Positions 43,440-54,383 of a DNA stretch of 64,000 nucleotides are shown in pieces (positions within the stretch are counted from its first letter, which is position 1; each line of letters starts with the position of its first letter). This stretch comes from an uncultured delta proteobacterium. GTDB lineage: Bacteria > Desulfobacterota > Binatia > UBA9968. A program made the position numbers and the translations under genes. The stretch is taken from positions 63,832-127,831 of the forward strand of contig CAVWLW010000057.1 in assembly GCA_963755715.1 (NCBI GenBank), read 5' to 3'. Below the pieces are notes generated by a model. That model was not told the origin of the DNA, did not search any database, and was given only the letters and a program-made list of their open reading frames with translations.

Positions 43440-44741
43440 TTACTGGTTCATGGACTCAAAAAATTCTTTGTTCGTCTTGGTTCCATGCATCTTGTCGAGC
43501 AGGAACTCCATGGCTTCCACCACGCTCAACTGCGACAAGACTTTACGCAAAATCCAGATTCGATTGAGGTCTTCTTTGGTGATCAAAAGCTCTTCTTTGC
43601 GCGTGCCGGATTTATTGATATCGATAGCCGGGAATACCCGCTTGTCCATCAACCGACGGTCCAAATGGATCTCCATGTTTCCCGTCCCCTTGAATTCTTC
43701 GAAGATGACTTCATCCATTCGACTACCGGTATCGATGAGCGCCGTCGCGATAATGGTCAAACTGCCGCCATCTTCTATGTTGCGCGCCGCGCCGAAAAAC
43801 TTCTTCGGTTTATGGAGAGCGTTGGAATCGACGCCGCCGGAAAGAATCTTTCCGCTCGGCGGGACGACCGTGTTATAGGCGCGCGCCAAACGGGTAATGC
43901 TATCAAGCAAAATAACCACGTCCTTGCCATGCTCAACCAGACGCTTCGCCTTCTCGATGACCATTTCGGCGACTTGCACGTGCCGCGTGGCCGGCTCATC
44001 GAAAGTCGAGCTGATCACTTCGCCGTCCACTGAGCGCTGCATGTCGGTCACTTCTTCCGGCCGCTCATCGATCAGCAAAACGATGAGAATGACCTCCTTG
44101 TGGTTGTGTGCGATGGCCTTGGCGACGTGCTGCAGCATCATCGTTTTACCCGTGCGCGGTGCCGCGACGATCAGGCCGCGCTGCCCTTTGCCCACTGGGG
44201 TCAATAAATCGACTATCCGAGTCGTGTAGTCATCGGGCTGGCTTTCCAGGCGCAAGCGCTCATTCGGATAAAGCGGCGTGAGATTATCGAAGAGGATCTT
44301 TTCGCGCGCTCGTTCCGGGTCCTCATAATTGATGGTTTCAACTTTGAGCAACGCAAAATAACGTTCGCCCTCTTTGGGCGGCCGGATATGCCCGGAAATA
44401 ATATCTCCGGTGCGCAGGTTGAACCGTCGAATCTGGCTCGGCGAAACATAGATATCATCGGGACCCGGGAGGTAGTTATAATCGGGGGCGCGCAGAAAAC
44501 CAAATCCGTCGGGAAGCGTTTCCAAAACGCCTTCGCCGTAGATATGGCCATTCTGCTCGGTTTGCGCCTGCAAGATCGCAAAAATCAGCTCCTGCTTGCG
44601 CATGTTGGCAGCCCCTTCGATATTGAAGGTCTTGCCGATCAGCGCGAGATCGCTGATTTTCTTTTCCTTGAGGGCTTTAAGATTCAAACCGTTATCTTCG
44701 ACGGCCTCCGGCTCGGCGGCACGAGTTCTACCACGAACCAT
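43440..44741 (-). CDS. rho: Transcription termination factor Rho
   Basis: [24 protein letters not shown]. Confidence 0.98.
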   Translation of the reverse strand: MVRGRTRAAEPEAVEDNGLNLKALKEKKISDLALIGKTFNIEGAANMRKQELIFAILQAQTEQNGHIYGEGVLETLPDGFGFLRAPDYNYLPGPDDIYVSPSQIRRFNLRTGDIISGHIRPPKEGERYFALLKVETINYEDPERAREKILFDNLTPLYPNERLRLESQPDDYTTRIVDLLTPVGKGQRGLIVAAPRTGKTMMLQHVAKAIAHNHKEVILIVLLIDERPEEVTDMQRSVDGEVISSTFDEPATRHVQVAEMVIEKAKRLVEHGKDVVILLDSITRLARAYNTVVPPSGKILSGGVDSNALHKPKKFFGAARNIEDGGSLTIIATALIDTGSRMDEVIFEEFKGTGNMEIHLDRRLMDKRVFPAIDINKSGTRKEELLITKEDLNRIWILRKVLSQLSVVEAMEFLLDKMHGTKTNKEFFESMNQ

Positions 44742-45045
44742 ACGCTATAACTCTCCTTTCAACTATCTAGACAGTACCAGGGACAGCAGCATTACACACA
44801 GTTGCCAGTGAAATCTGTCAAATCGCGCCGGGGCGGCACTTCTTCACGCGCCAAGGCAATCTCGGTAGCCAAACCTTCGTAGCGGTACGGCTTCAGGCAG
44901 AGGCATGTCAATGCGACACGGTATAAGACGCAGACAGAAATCTCTCTTTTAGTAAAAAATCAAACTTTTGAGCACTTAACGCCGGGTGAATTCGTTTTTC
45001 GTGTGGGGAATGATAAGAATTCGAATTGGGCTTCTCTTGTGTACG

Positions 45046-45074
45046 ATAGTATTTTAAAGCGGTACGCTTGTCAA
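45046..45074 (-). promoter_or_regulatory. Sigma70-type promoter for rho with about 300-nt leader
   Basis: Minus strand TTGACA-17 nt-TACTAT overlapping the end of the upstream gene. Confidence 0.55.
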
Positions 45075-46121
45075 CCCCTTTGCGCGCATTGATGACAATT
45101 CTAGCCCCCGATCTTCGATTTCACGCCCTCGCAAACACAGTAACAGCTTTTCAAGATCACTTGGCAGCGGCGCGACGAACTGCATGCGCCGCAGATTTTG
45201 CCCGATCACAAGAGTCAATTTCTCGGCATGGAGCGCTTGGCGCGGAAAGCTGTCAATAATCTGGTCGCCTACTAGCTTCGCAGCATTGCCGTTTCGCTTG
45301 CGGCCATAAACTTTATCACCGATCAAGGGATTGCCCATGTCGGCAAGATGCACTCGGAGCTGGTGCGTTCGCCCCGTGCGTGGCCGCAAGCGCAGCAGTG
45401 TGACGGCACGCAGCGGAGCCGAATGGTGATCAAAAGCGAAGCGTTCCTCAACCCACCATTCGGTAATCGCCTCTCTTGCTCGGCCACCCATGTGTAAGCT
45501 CGACATGCGCTTTCGGTCCGAGCGGTGCCGACCGATGGCGCGATCGATCGTCCCTCGGTCCGCCCTCATCCCGCCCCAAACCAAAGCAATATATTCTTTT
45601 TCGACCGTGCGATTCTTGAATTGGGCTACGAGCTGATGGAAAGCACGCATATTCTTGGCGACGATCATCACGCCCGAGGTGTCCTTGTCCAATCGGTGCA
45701 CAATCCCCGGGCGCCGTTCACCGCCCACACCGGCTAAATCAGCACAGTGATGCAAAAGCGCGTTGACGAGCGTACCGCTGGATCGCCCTGCGGCGGGATG
45801 GACGACGATGCCTGGGGCCTTGTTGACGACAACGCAATCGGCATCTTCATAGAGTATATCCAAAGGCAGCGCCTCGGCGCGAAGCCCTGTTTCACGCGGC
45901 GGCAAAAAATAGATGTCGATCCGATCGTCGGATTTAACGCGTGTACTTGCCTTGGTCACCGCGTTGTTCAGAGTAATTTGTCCTTCGGCGATCAATTTTT
46001 GGATGGCGGCTCGGCTTAAGCCGAGCCGCGGCGCGGTACCATCCATGAATTGCCGGGCCAGAAACAAGTCCAGCCGCATGCCAGCCGCACTTTCGTCAAC
46101 TCGTAATGGGTCAAGCGTCAT
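45054..46121 (-). CDS. rluD: RluA/RluD-family pseudouridine synthase
   Basis: S4 domain; HRLDKDTSG; GRTHQLRVH. Confidence 0.9.
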   Translation of the reverse strand: MTLDPLRVDESAAGMRLDLFLARQFMDGTAPRLGLSRAAIQKLIAEGQITLNNAVTKASTRVKSDDRIDIYFLPPRETGLRAEALPLDILYEDADCVVVNKAPGIVVHPAAGRSSGTLVNALLHHCADLAGVGGERRPGIVHRLDKDTSGVMIVAKNMRAFHQLVAQFKNRTVEKEYIALVWGGMRADRGTIDRAIGRHRSDRKRMSSLHMGGRAREAITEWWVEERFAFDHHSAPLRAVTLLRLRPRTGRTHQLRVHLADMGNPLIGDKVYGRKRNGNAAKLVGDQIIDSFPRQALHAEKLTLVIGQNLRRMQFVAPLPSDLEKLLLCLRGREIEDRGLELSSMRAKGLTSVPL

Positions 46122-46161
46122 TTAGCTAAAGCAATCAATCGAAAAACGGACAATTTGAGCG

Positions 46162-47100
46162 TTAGGAAAATAGATTCAAATCGCGAAAAACACCTCGAGC
46201 GCTACTTACGTCTTGCCCCATTTGTGCGACCAAAGCCTCGACCGACGAAAAGTTTTTTTCTTCGCGGATTCTCTTCACGAAAGAAAGCCGGACGGGTGCG
46301 CCGTATATCTCGCCATCGAAATTCAAAATGAAGCTCTCCACCGTCCTCGGTCCCGCGCCAAAAGTCGGATTAAGACCCACGCTGCTTACGCTTGGCAAAT
46401 CTTTTTCTCCTAGATGAAATATCGTGGCATAAATCCCGTCTAAAGGCACCATTTCCGTGCGCGTGGAGATATTCGCGGTCGGAAACCCCAGATCCCGCCC
46501 GCGCCGATGACCCGTGACGACCCGCCCGGACACAAAGTGATAACGACCGAGGAGCGCTACGACTTCGTCCACATGACCGTCTTGAATCAACTGACGGACT
46601 CGCGAGCTGCTCACTCTGGCGCCGTTGACTAGAATCGGGTCGACGACCGCCACCGAGAAGTCAAACCCGCTGCCCCAACGAATAAGATCGTCGACTTGCC
46701 CTTTTCTTCCCTGACCAAACCGCAAGTCCTTACCAACCCAAACCTTCGCGGCCCTCAAACGCGCGACGAGAAACCGACGGACAAATTCTTCAGCATCGAT
46801 CTTGGCAAAGCTCAAGTCGAAATGTTGCACCACAACGATGTCGACGCCGAGGCTTTGTAAAATCTGCATCTTGTCTTTGTGCGCGAGGATCATTTGAGGT
46901 GCGTGGGCGGGCGCCAGCACCTTCACGGGATGAGGCTCAAACGTCAACACCACCGAAGGTACGCCGAGCTGCCGAGAATCACGGATGGCGCCGCCGAGCA
47001 GGGCTTGATGTCCCAGGTGTATGCCGTCGAAGTTTCCCAAGGTCACGACTGATCTTTCGAGAGCCAGACCCGGGTCATCGATGTGGCGAAAAACCTGCAT
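46162..47100 (-). CDS. ribF: Bifunctional riboflavin kinase/FAD synthetase
   Basis: GNFDGIHLGH, SSSRVR, GFPTAN. Confidence 0.96.
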   Translation of the reverse strand: MQVFRHIDDPGLALERSVVTLGNFDGIHLGHQALLGGAIRDSRQLGVPSVVLTFEPHPVKVLAPAHAPQMILAHKDKMQILQSLGVDIVVVQHFDLSFAKIDAEEFVRRFLVARLRAAKVWVGKDLRFGQGRKGQVDDLIRWGSGFDFSVAVVDPILVNGARVSSSRVRQLIQDGHVDEVVALLGRYHFVSGRVVTGHRRGRDLGFPTANISTRTEMVPLDGIYATIFHLGEKDLPSVSSVGLNPTFGAGPRTVESFILNFDGEIYGAPVRLSFVKRIREEKNFSSVEALVAQMGQDVSSARGVFRDLNLFS

Positions 47101-47198
47101 ATTTTATACGGGCGACTGATAGAAACCGCGCACGCACCGGTGTCCTAGTCTGCGAAACGAAGAATGGTGGAATTCAAAAGCGCGGAGAACCGGCAGCT

Positions 47199-48032
47199 TC
47201 ACGATTCGAGCGATTTGAGCTTCTGCCGTGCTCTCGCGGCCTCTGAAGATTGCGGATACTTCTCGACCAACTCTTGTAAAACCAACCGGGCGTTGAGCTT
47301 CTCTCCCAGTTCCGCAAAGGCAAATCCTTGCCGGAGCAGAGCCGCCCCAACCTTATCACTTTGCGGATATCGTCTCCGCACCTCGTCGAACTCGACGATC
47401 GCTCGGTCGAATTCCTTCAGCCCGAAATAACTCTCGCCGATCGAGTATTGCGCATTCGCAGCCAGTTTGCTTTTGGGATTGCGTTTGAGAAAGTCTTTGA
47501 AGCGAGCAATCGCCGTTCGGTAATCCTTTTTTTCGAAGGCACGCCAGCCGGTCTCGAAATCTTTGCGCACGTTGTCGGACTCCGCTAAAGAAAGGTCGAC
47601 GTAGTTGCTTTCACTCTCGGCTTTCTGCGCTGCTTGTTGCTGCTTCAGCTCCTCCTCACGGCTCTTGAGCAACTCGGCTTGGCTCTTCGCGTCCTCTTCC
47701 AACTTAGCCAGACGCGTCTCCATGTCTTTTACCCGCTGATCGCCATCCCGATTTGTCTGGCCAATCTGGCGGCCAACTTGAACCCGGGTCTCATCGATAC
47801 GTTCCTTGATCGCGCTTAGATCCCGCTGCATTTGCTGAATATTTGCCCGTGTGTCGGCGAGGGTCGAGCGAACATTATCGACATCGGAGCGCAAGGTAGT
47901 CATGTCGCCGCGCAAGCGCCGTTGCTCGCGCTCGAGCAATTCGACCTGCTGCGGGTTGACACAGGACCACAGCCACACGCTGACCAGCAGCACCGATGGC
48001 AAAAAGGTAATACTAAAAATTGAGCGTCTCAC
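47199..48032 (-). CDS. cpoB: Tol-Pal system protein YbgF/CpoB
   Basis: Lipoprotein-like N-terminus, coiled coil, TPR 'NAQYSIGESY'; follows pal. Confidence 0.88.
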   Translation of the reverse strand: MRRSIFSITFLPSVLLVSVWLWSCVNPQQVELLEREQRRLRGDMTTLRSDVDNVRSTLADTRANIQQMQRDLSAIKERIDETRVQVGRQIGQTNRDGDQRVKDMETRLAKLEEDAKSQAELLKSREEELKQQQAAQKAESESNYVDLSLAESDNVRKDFETGWRAFEKKDYRTAIARFKDFLKRNPKSKLAANAQYSIGESYFGLKEFDRAIVEFDEVRRRYPQSDKVGAALLRQGFAFAELGEKLNARLVLQELVEKYPQSSEAARARQKLKSLES

Positions 48033-48046
48033 AACCTTGGCTCCAA

Positions 48047-48640
48047 TTAAGAGGTTGAACGACCTTGGAGGATAACGAAACGCGCGCGCCGATTTTTTGT
48101 CCAACAATCTTCAGTCGGCTCTCGGCAAACTGGGATCTCTTCGCCATAGCTAATCGTCGAAAGCCGGTCGGCGGGGATGCCGAGCGATGTGAGAAATTCG
48201 CGCGCCGCCTGAGCTCTTTTGGCGCCGAGCGCGAGATTGTATTCGTTGGTGCCACGCTCGTCGCAATGGCCTTCGATCTCGACCCGCGCCGATGGATTGC
48301 TTTTCAGCCAATCCGCGTTGGCGCGCAACGTCGCCCGAGCATCCGCGCTCAGATCGTAGCGGTCAAATTCATAAAATACATCCTTCAATGGACTCGATGC
48401 CGGCGTTGCCGAAGACTTTCCCTCCTGCATTTGTTTCAAGCTGCTGCTGCCTGTCTCCGACTCCTTTGTCCCTCCGCGTTGACCTTCTCCGGCGCGTGGA
48501 TCGTTAGCAGAAGTATCCGAATCCGATCGCGGCGCTGGAGTCGCGCCGGGCTTGTCAGTGGTGGAGGGAGCGCAGGCTGCCAAACTGCAAAAAAATATCA
48601 GGCCACAGACGTGCCCTGCCAATCTAATCCGAATTTTCAT
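48047..48640 (-). CDS. pal: Peptidoglycan-associated lipoprotein
   Basis: Lipobox LAAC; EGHCDERGTNEYNLALG; NRRA. Confidence 0.96.
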   Translation of the reverse strand: MKIRIRLAGHVCGLIFFCSLAACAPSTTDKPGATPAPRSDSDTSANDPRAGEGQRGGTKESETGSSSLKQMQEGKSSATPASSPLKDVFYEFDRYDLSADARATLRANADWLKSNPSARVEIEGHCDERGTNEYNLALGAKRAQAAREFLTSLGIPADRLSTISYGEEIPVCREPTEDCWTKNRRARFVILQGRSTS

Positions 48641-48701
48641 CTATGCCTCCTGCATTCACGTGGGGTCGCATTGAATCAGAACTGAAGTGGCGGAGTTGGA
48701 A

Positions 48702-50030
48702 TCAGTCGAGTCGAGGAGACCAATGCGGTTTTGTATCATCCCCCCCAGAACCTGTCAATCTACGTTGGTTATCTCCGCCAGCTTGCATGACATAGAGATG
48801 ATATTTGCCGGCTCGGTTCGACGTAAAAGCGATAAACCTACCGTCGGGCGACCAAGTCGGATCTTCGCTATCGAAAGATTCCGCAGTCAGCTTGCGCGGC
48901 TCACCGCCGTCAACCGAGATCGTAAAAATAGCGAAACGATTAGCGACTCGCCCGGTGTAGACGATGCGATCTCCTTTGGGCGACCATTCGGGCGAAGTGT
49001 TGTAACTGCCACTGTAAGTAAGTCGTCGCGAATTGCCGCTGGCTAAATCCAATATATACAGCTGGGGCGAACCGCTGCGGTCTGAAACGAATACGATTTG
49101 CTTTCCATCAGGTGACCAAGCCGGTGAAACTTCGATTCCCGGATTATTGGTCAGCTGGCGGATCACGTTGCCGCTTCGATCGAGCAGATAAAGATTGGTA
49201 TTGCCACCCGACTCCATGGTCGCGACGATGGTCTGACCATCCGGTGAAAACTTGCCGCTGAGATACCGGCCGCCCCCTCGGGGCGTGAATTTGGTCTCTT
49301 TGCCGCTGTAGAGCTCAAACAAAAATAAAGTTTGATTACGGTCCTTGAAAGAAGAATAAAGAACGGAACGGCCGTCGGGACTCCAGGCCGGCGATAAATT
49401 AATTGTGTGATTATCGGTGACTTGAAATTTTTCACTGCCATCGAGGTGCGAGACGAAGATCTCTTTGAAACGGCCGCCGCTGTTCGACACGTAGGCGATT
49501 CTGGTATTGAAGACTCCCGGCACGCCGGTAAATTGATTGATGATTTCGTCGACGAACTTATGGGCAATGCGCCGATAGTCTCTGACCCGGCCCGTGTAAC
49601 GCTTACCGATGCGCTCCTTGTTCTGGTACACATCAAATAGACGAAGCTCGACGGCTACTTCATCGCCTTGGACTGAAAAGCCGCCCTTGACCAAGCCTTC
49701 CGCGCCAATCGTTGCCCAATCTTTGAAATCAAAGGTTCCGAGCGTGATGCCGCTCGTTTGGGCATTTTCCATGTAGGCTGAACGGTCCAACACTTTGAAC
49801 CAGCCGGATAGCTCAAGATCGTGAACCATCGCATCGGCAATTCCGGTCGACAATCGCGCTGACTCGGCGCTGTTGCCGGCGAGATTTTTTAACGGCGATA
49901 CGGCGATAGGAAACCGTTGACCGCCTTGGCCAACGATCTCGCCGGTAACGCCGGGCGGCGCAGACGCAGCGTGTCCCGTTCCGAATGCCATCAATAGACC
50001 ACAAATCGCCAGCAGCCATTTCAGTGTCAT
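48702..50030 (-). CDS. tolB: Tol-Pal beta-propeller protein TolB
   Basis: 'FNTRIAYV'; repeated PAWSPDG (PD40). Confidence 0.95.
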   Translation of the reverse strand: MTLKWLLAICGLLMAFGTGHAASAPPGVTGEIVGQGGQRFPIAVSPLKNLAGNSAESARLSTGIADAMVHDLELSGWFKVLDRSAYMENAQTSGITLGTFDFKDWATIGAEGLVKGGFSVQGDEVAVELRLFDVYQNKERIGKRYTGRVRDYRRIAHKFVDEIINQFTGVPGVFNTRIAYVSNSGGRFKEIFVSHLDGSEKFQVTDNHTINLSPAWSPDGRSVLYSSFKDRNQTLFLFELYSGKETKFTPRGGGRYLSGKFSPDGQTIVATMESGGNTNLYLLDRSGNVIRQLTNNPGIEVSPAWSPDGKQIVFVSDRSGSPQLYILDLASGNSRRLTYSGSYNTSPEWSPKGDRIVYTGRVANRFAIFTISVDGGEPRKLTAESFDSEDPTWSPDGRFIAFTSNRAGKYHLYVMQAGGDNQRRLTGSGGDDTKPHWSPRLD

Positions 50031-50037
50031 TATAATA

Positions 50038-50979
50038 CTAAGCTCCCAAATCACGCGGCCGAAACGTCAGTTCCACGTCAGCAAAATCTTTCCGATAGCT
50101 TTCCGGTGGCGCTGGCAGCGGACTCGATTTCTTGACTGCCCGAAGCACCGATTCATCGTAGGACGGGTCGCCGGAGGGTTGGACAATTTTGAGCCCGACA
50201 ATTTCACCTGTCTCTTTGACGCCAAAATGAACCACGACTTTCAAATTGCTGCGTTGCCCGACCCATGTCCAGTTGTCCTTGATCGTGCCCAACATACGGT
50301 TTTGATAAATAATAAAATCCATCCCTTTGACGATTCCGGGGCCACCCCGGCCGCCAGGGCCCAATCCCGCTGCTCCCTCGCCTTCGCCTGCGCCGGCACT
50401 GAGTGCGTCCTTCACCGGCTTTTGCGAATTTTCGCGTGACTTCGCCCGATCCACGGCGGCTTGTAACAGCCTTTCGCGTACGCTGTCGGCGGAGGCGGAT
50501 TCGGACTTCGCCTCTTGTTTCATTTCCTTTGCCGGCTCTTTTTTGGCAAGCGCCGGATCGGGCTTGGCGGACTCAGGCTTGGTTTTTTCTTTGATGACTA
50601 TTTTTTTCTCTTCCGCGGTGTTTTTCTCGATCGGTTTCGATTTTTCAGGGGTTTCTTTTTTGACCTCGGGTTTAGGTGCCGGCGCGCTGGCGGCTGGAGT
50701 CGGCTCCGGAGCTTTTGCCGCCGGTTCAGGCGGCGAGCGCATCTCGGTACCAAGCTTCATCCCGCCGATCTTTTCGCCGCCGACAAGATCGACGACGTAG
50801 ACGGGAACTTCCGGAGGAGTGCTCGAGGGCAACAAAGACGCAATAAACAATGCCGCGACAAATATCCCGTGCAAGATTAAGGAAAATAACAGCCACTTGG
50901 GCAATCGATCTTCCGATCCCGCGACCGAAAAAGATCTTTCCCACAAGCTGATAGTTGCGGAAGAAGCCTTTTCTGCCAC
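50038..50979 (-). CDS. TolA/TonB-family protein
   Basis: TM 'SLILH', Pro/Lys/Glu linker, C-terminal 'SGDPSYDESVLRAV..PLPAPP'. Confidence 0.85.
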   Translation of the reverse strand: MAEKASSATISLWERSFSVAGSEDRLPKWLLFSLILHGIFVAALFIASLLPSSTPPEVPVYVVDLVGGEKIGGMKLGTEMRSPPEPAAKAPEPTPAASAPAPKPEVKKETPEKSKPIEKNTAEEKKIVIKEKTKPESAKPDPALAKKEPAKEMKQEAKSESASADSVRERLLQAAVDRAKSRENSQKPVKDALSAGAGEGEGAAGLGPGGRGGPGIVKGMDFIIYQNRMLGTIKDNWTWVGQRSNLKVVVHFGVKETGEIVGLKIVQPSGDPSYDESVLRAVKKSSPLPAPPESYRKDFADVELTFRPRDLGA

Positions 50980-50985
50980 TGACGA

Positions 50986-51420
50986 TTATCCTTCTTCAGA
51001 AGAAACCGGCCGAGTGACCATGCCTAATTTTTCAATGCCCGCCTGCTTGATTTCCGCAATGGTTTTCATAACGAGACCGTAACGCACATCCTGGTCCGCC
51101 CGGAGGTAGATTTGTTTATCGGCTTGGAGTTTTTTGATCGCCTTAAGCTTCTCGCCCAACTCGGCGAGGGACATGGCGTTATCATTGAGATAAATTTTGC
51201 CGTTTTTTGCCACAGTTACAACCAAGTGTTCTTCGGTGCCGGGAATCGCGCTCGATTGGGTCTGCGGCAGATTGACCTGCACACCCTGCTGGATGATCGG
51301 CGCAGTGACCATGAAGATAACCAGAAGCACCAACATGACATCGACCAGCGGCGTGACATTTATTTGCGAAATTGTCGTCGCTTCACGCGACGACGAGACA
51401 TCTCCAGCCATAACCACCAC
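50986..51420 (-). CDS. tolR: TolR
   Basis: INVTPLVDVMLVLLVIFMVTAP. Confidence 0.93.
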   Translation of the reverse strand: MVVMAGDVSSSREATTISQINVTPLVDVMLVLLVIFMVTAPIIQQGVQVNLPQTQSSAIPGTEEHLVVTVAKNGKIYLNDNAMSLAELGEKLKAIKKLQADKQIYLRADQDVRYGLVMKTIAEIKQAGIEKLGMVTRPVSSEEG

Positions 51421-51596
51421 CCCTATTGTGAAAAATAGATAGTTTCCATTTTACGGTGACGCCTACTTATAGCAAACACTTTCAGCGACCGCGGTTCGCC
51501 ATACTCGCCAAACTTGCACGGCTGCGAGTCAAATGATCGTGGCAACTTTGTGACCCACCCAGCACAAATTAACTGTGATTATACTCTATTATTGAC

Positions 51597-52334
51597 TTAC
51601 TTGAAGAAGTGCCGCTCGGCGATATTGAGAAACTCATGGGAGAAATTGTCCATTTCAACGGCTAGGAATTTGACCTGTTGGACGAAATAATTGTAGGCCA
51701 TCAAGGCCGGAATCGCGGCCGCCAAGCCCATGGCCGTGGCGATCAACGCTTCGGCGATACCAGGCGCCACCGCTTGAATACTCGACGAATGGGTAATACT
51801 GAGCCCGCGAAACGCGTCCATGATGCCCCAGACCGTGCCGAACAGACCCACGAAAGGAGCCGAGCTCGCGGTGGTCGCAAGAAACGAACAATTTTTTTCC
51901 AATTTGGTCGTCTCGACGCTGGTCGCGCGTTTCATCGCGCGAGACACGTTCTCCACGCCGCCGAGCTCCGTTGTTAAATTATCGCCGGCAGAATCCTTCT
52001 TTGAGCGGGAAACGCGCACAAGCTCCTCATAACCGGAACGAAACACTTGACCCACCGGGCTGGAGCTAAGCTCCCGGCTAGCATCGTGGATCGACGAAAG
52101 ATTACGCCGCTCCCAAAAAATCTCGACGAACTTGGCCGACTCTCGTTTGGCGCGTCGCATTTGCCAGAATTTTTGTGCGATGATTCCCCAGCTCACCACC
52201 GAAAACAAGACAAGAAGGTACAGAATTGCCTGAACGACGAGCCCGGCGCTGCGAACGAGCTCAAGAATGCCATGCTGTTGCGACGCTGCGATACCGTCCT
52301 GTGCTAACAATTGGAGAGACCAAAAAGAAGACAT
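51597..52334 (-). CDS. tolQ: TolQ
   Basis: PFVGLFGTVWGIM, VAPGIAEALIATAMGL. Confidence 0.93.
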   Translation of the reverse strand: MSSFWSLQLLAQDGIAASQQHGILELVRSAGLVVQAILYLLVLFSVVSWGIIAQKFWQMRRAKRESAKFVEIFWERRNLSSIHDASRELSSSPVGQVFRSGYEELVRVSRSKKDSAGDNLTTELGGVENVSRAMKRATSVETTKLEKNCSFLATTASSAPFVGLFGTVWGIMDAFRGLSITHSSSIQAVAPGIAEALIATAMGLAAAIPALMAYNYFVQQVKFLAVEMDNFSHEFLNIAERHFFK

Positions 52335-52437
52335 CAGATGTTTTGAAAAGCTGATTGAAAAAGTATTACAAGCCTTGTAATTAGTCAATTGAGAAGCAGG
52401 ATTTTCAACAATATAAAATCACCGAACGGAAAATACC

Positions 52438-53616
52438 ATGATGCGCAAACTGCGCGACTTGGAACTCGGCGGCAAAACCGTATTCGTCCGTGTCGACTTC
52501 AACGTGCCGATCGATGACGGCAAGATCGGCGAGCCGCATCGCATCGACAGCGCGTTGCCGACGATCCGCTACATCCTCGACAGGGCGAAAAAGATCGTGT
52601 TGGCTTCTCACCTCGGACGTCCGGAGGGACAGAAGCTTGCAAAGTATAGCCTCGCGCCGGTGCGCGACTACTTGCAACAGCGGTTGAACCAAGCCGTCGT
52701 GCTCGCACCCGACTGCGTCGGTGCCGAGGTCGAGCACATCGTCCGCGACGAACAACATCGAATCGTTCTGCTGGAGAATTTGCGTTTTCATAAGGAAGAA
52801 GAAAAAAACGATGAAGGATTTTCCCGGGCGCTCGCGTCTTTGGCAGACGTTTACGTCGACGATGCTTTCGGCGCGGCACATCGGGCGCACGCGTCGATCG
52901 CCGGGATGGCGGCGTTTATCCAGGCCAAAGCAGCCGGGCTCCTGATGCAAAAAGAACTCGACTATTTATCGCCGCTCTTGGCGCAGCCGGAAAAACCCTT
53001 CGTGACGATATTGGGCGGCGCTAAAGTTTCCGACAAAATCGGCGTCATTAAAAATTTGCTGCCGAAGGTTTCCGCTCTGCTCATCGGCGGCGGCATGGCG
53101 TACACGTTTTTGAAAGCAACCGGCATCGAAGTTGGCAAATCCTTAGTGGAGCAAGACAAGCTCGGCCTTGCCGCCGATCTGATGAAAGATGCCGCTGCTC
53201 GCTCGGTCGAACTCATTTTGCCCGTCGACCATGTGACGGGGAACGCGGAAAAGAAAAATCCCAACACCTGCGACGATCGAATTCCGCCGGATCGAATGGG
53301 ACTCGACATCGGTCCTAAGACCGCGCAGCGGTTTGTCGACAAAATCAAACCCGCCAAACTGGTTCTTTGGAACGGGCCGGTCGGTTTGTTCGAAGTTCCG
53401 CCCTTCGATCAAGGAAGTCGCGTCTTAGCTAATGCATTGGCGGAGAATTTTCCCCGCATCGTTAGCATCATCGCCGGCGGCGACACGGTCGCAGCGGTCA
53501 CAGCCGCAGGTGTAGCAGAAAAAGTCACCCACTTGTCGACCGGCGGCGGGGCAACTTTGGAATTTCTCGAAGGCAAAGAGCTTCCCGGCGTAAAAGCTTT
53601 AGAGGATAGCCAATGA
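52438..53616 (+). CDS. pgk: Phosphoglycerate kinase
   Basis: RVDFNVP, SHLGRP, LENLRF, STGGGA. Confidence 0.97.
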   Translation: MMRKLRDLELGGKTVFVRVDFNVPIDDGKIGEPHRIDSALPTIRYILDRAKKIVLASHLGRPEGQKLAKYSLAPVRDYLQQRLNQAVVLAPDCVGAEVEHIVRDEQHRIVLLENLRFHKEEEKNDEGFSRALASLADVYVDDAFGAAHRAHASIAGMAAFIQAKAAGLLMQKELDYLSPLLAQPEKPFVTILGGAKVSDKIGVIKNLLPKVSALLIGGGMAYTFLKATGIEVGKSLVEQDKLGLAADLMKDAAARSVELILPVDHVTGNAEKKNPNTCDDRIPPDRMGLDIGPKTAQRFVDKIKPAKLVLWNGPVGLFEVPPFDQGSRVLANALAENFPRIVSIIAGGDTVAAVTAAGVAEKVTHLSTGGGATLEFLEGKELPGVKALEDSQ

Positions 53617-54377
53617 CCGTCCCGTTGGTGGTTGGCAATTGGAAGATGAACGGCAGCCAGGCAGAATGCCAGAAACTCGCGCGCGAACTCGCCCGCGAGA
53701 TCCAAAGGAAAGCGACCCGGGCACAGGTCGTCGTGGCCCCACCCTTTACCGCTCTGACGACGGTCGCGCGGGCAATTCGACATAGTAAAATAAAAATGGC
53801 GGCGCAAAATTGTCATTGGCAGGAAAGCGGCGCTTACACCGGGGAAATAAGCGCGCCGATGGTAGCCGAGCTCGGTTGTGAGTTCGTTATTCTCGGTCAT
53901 TCTGAGCGGCGCCACATTTTGCACGAAAGCGATGAAATGATAGCCCGCAAGATCGCGCCGGTGATGGCGCACGGTATGCGTGCGATTCTCTGTGTCGGCG
54001 AAACCTTAGAGGAACGCCGACAGAAGTTGACGGGTCGAGTGATTGCCCGGCAACTACGCTCTGCGTTGAAGGGGTCAACGAAAGATGTTATAGACAACCT
54101 CGAAATTGCCTATGAGCCGGTATGGGCGATCGGCACGGGACAGAACGCCACCACGGCGCAAGTCCGCGAAGTTCACATTCGAATTCGACGATTCCTGAAA
54201 ACATCTTTCGGCAAAGCGGTAAGCGAACGAGTTCGGATTCTTTATGGCGGCAGTGTTAAACCGGAAAACGCGGATACGTTGGCCCAGATCGACGAAGTGG
54301 ATGGTTTATTGGTCGGTGGGGCAAGCTTGAAAGCAGAGTCCTTTTTGCCGATCGTCGCCGCATTCACGAACAAGTGA
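53613..54377 (+). CDS. tpiA: Triosephosphate isomerase
   Basis: GNWKMN, GHSERR, AYEPVWAIGTG. Confidence 0.97.
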   Translation: MTVPLVVGNWKMNGSQAECQKLARELAREIQRKATRAQVVVAPPFTALTTVARAIRHSKIKMAAQNCHWQESGAYTGEISAPMVAELGCEFVILGHSERRHILHESDEMIARKIAPVMAHGMRAILCVGETLEERRQKLTGRVIARQLRSALKGSTKDVIDNLEIAYEPVWAIGTGQNATTAQVREVHIRIRRFLKTSFGKAVSERVRILYGGSVKPENADTLAQIDEVDGLLVGGASLKAESFLPIVAAFTNK

Positions 54378-54383
54378 TCGATT

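Noticed and set aside
50400-50740. Low-complexity Pro/Lys/Glu repeats
   Set aside because: Normal TolA/TonB linker.
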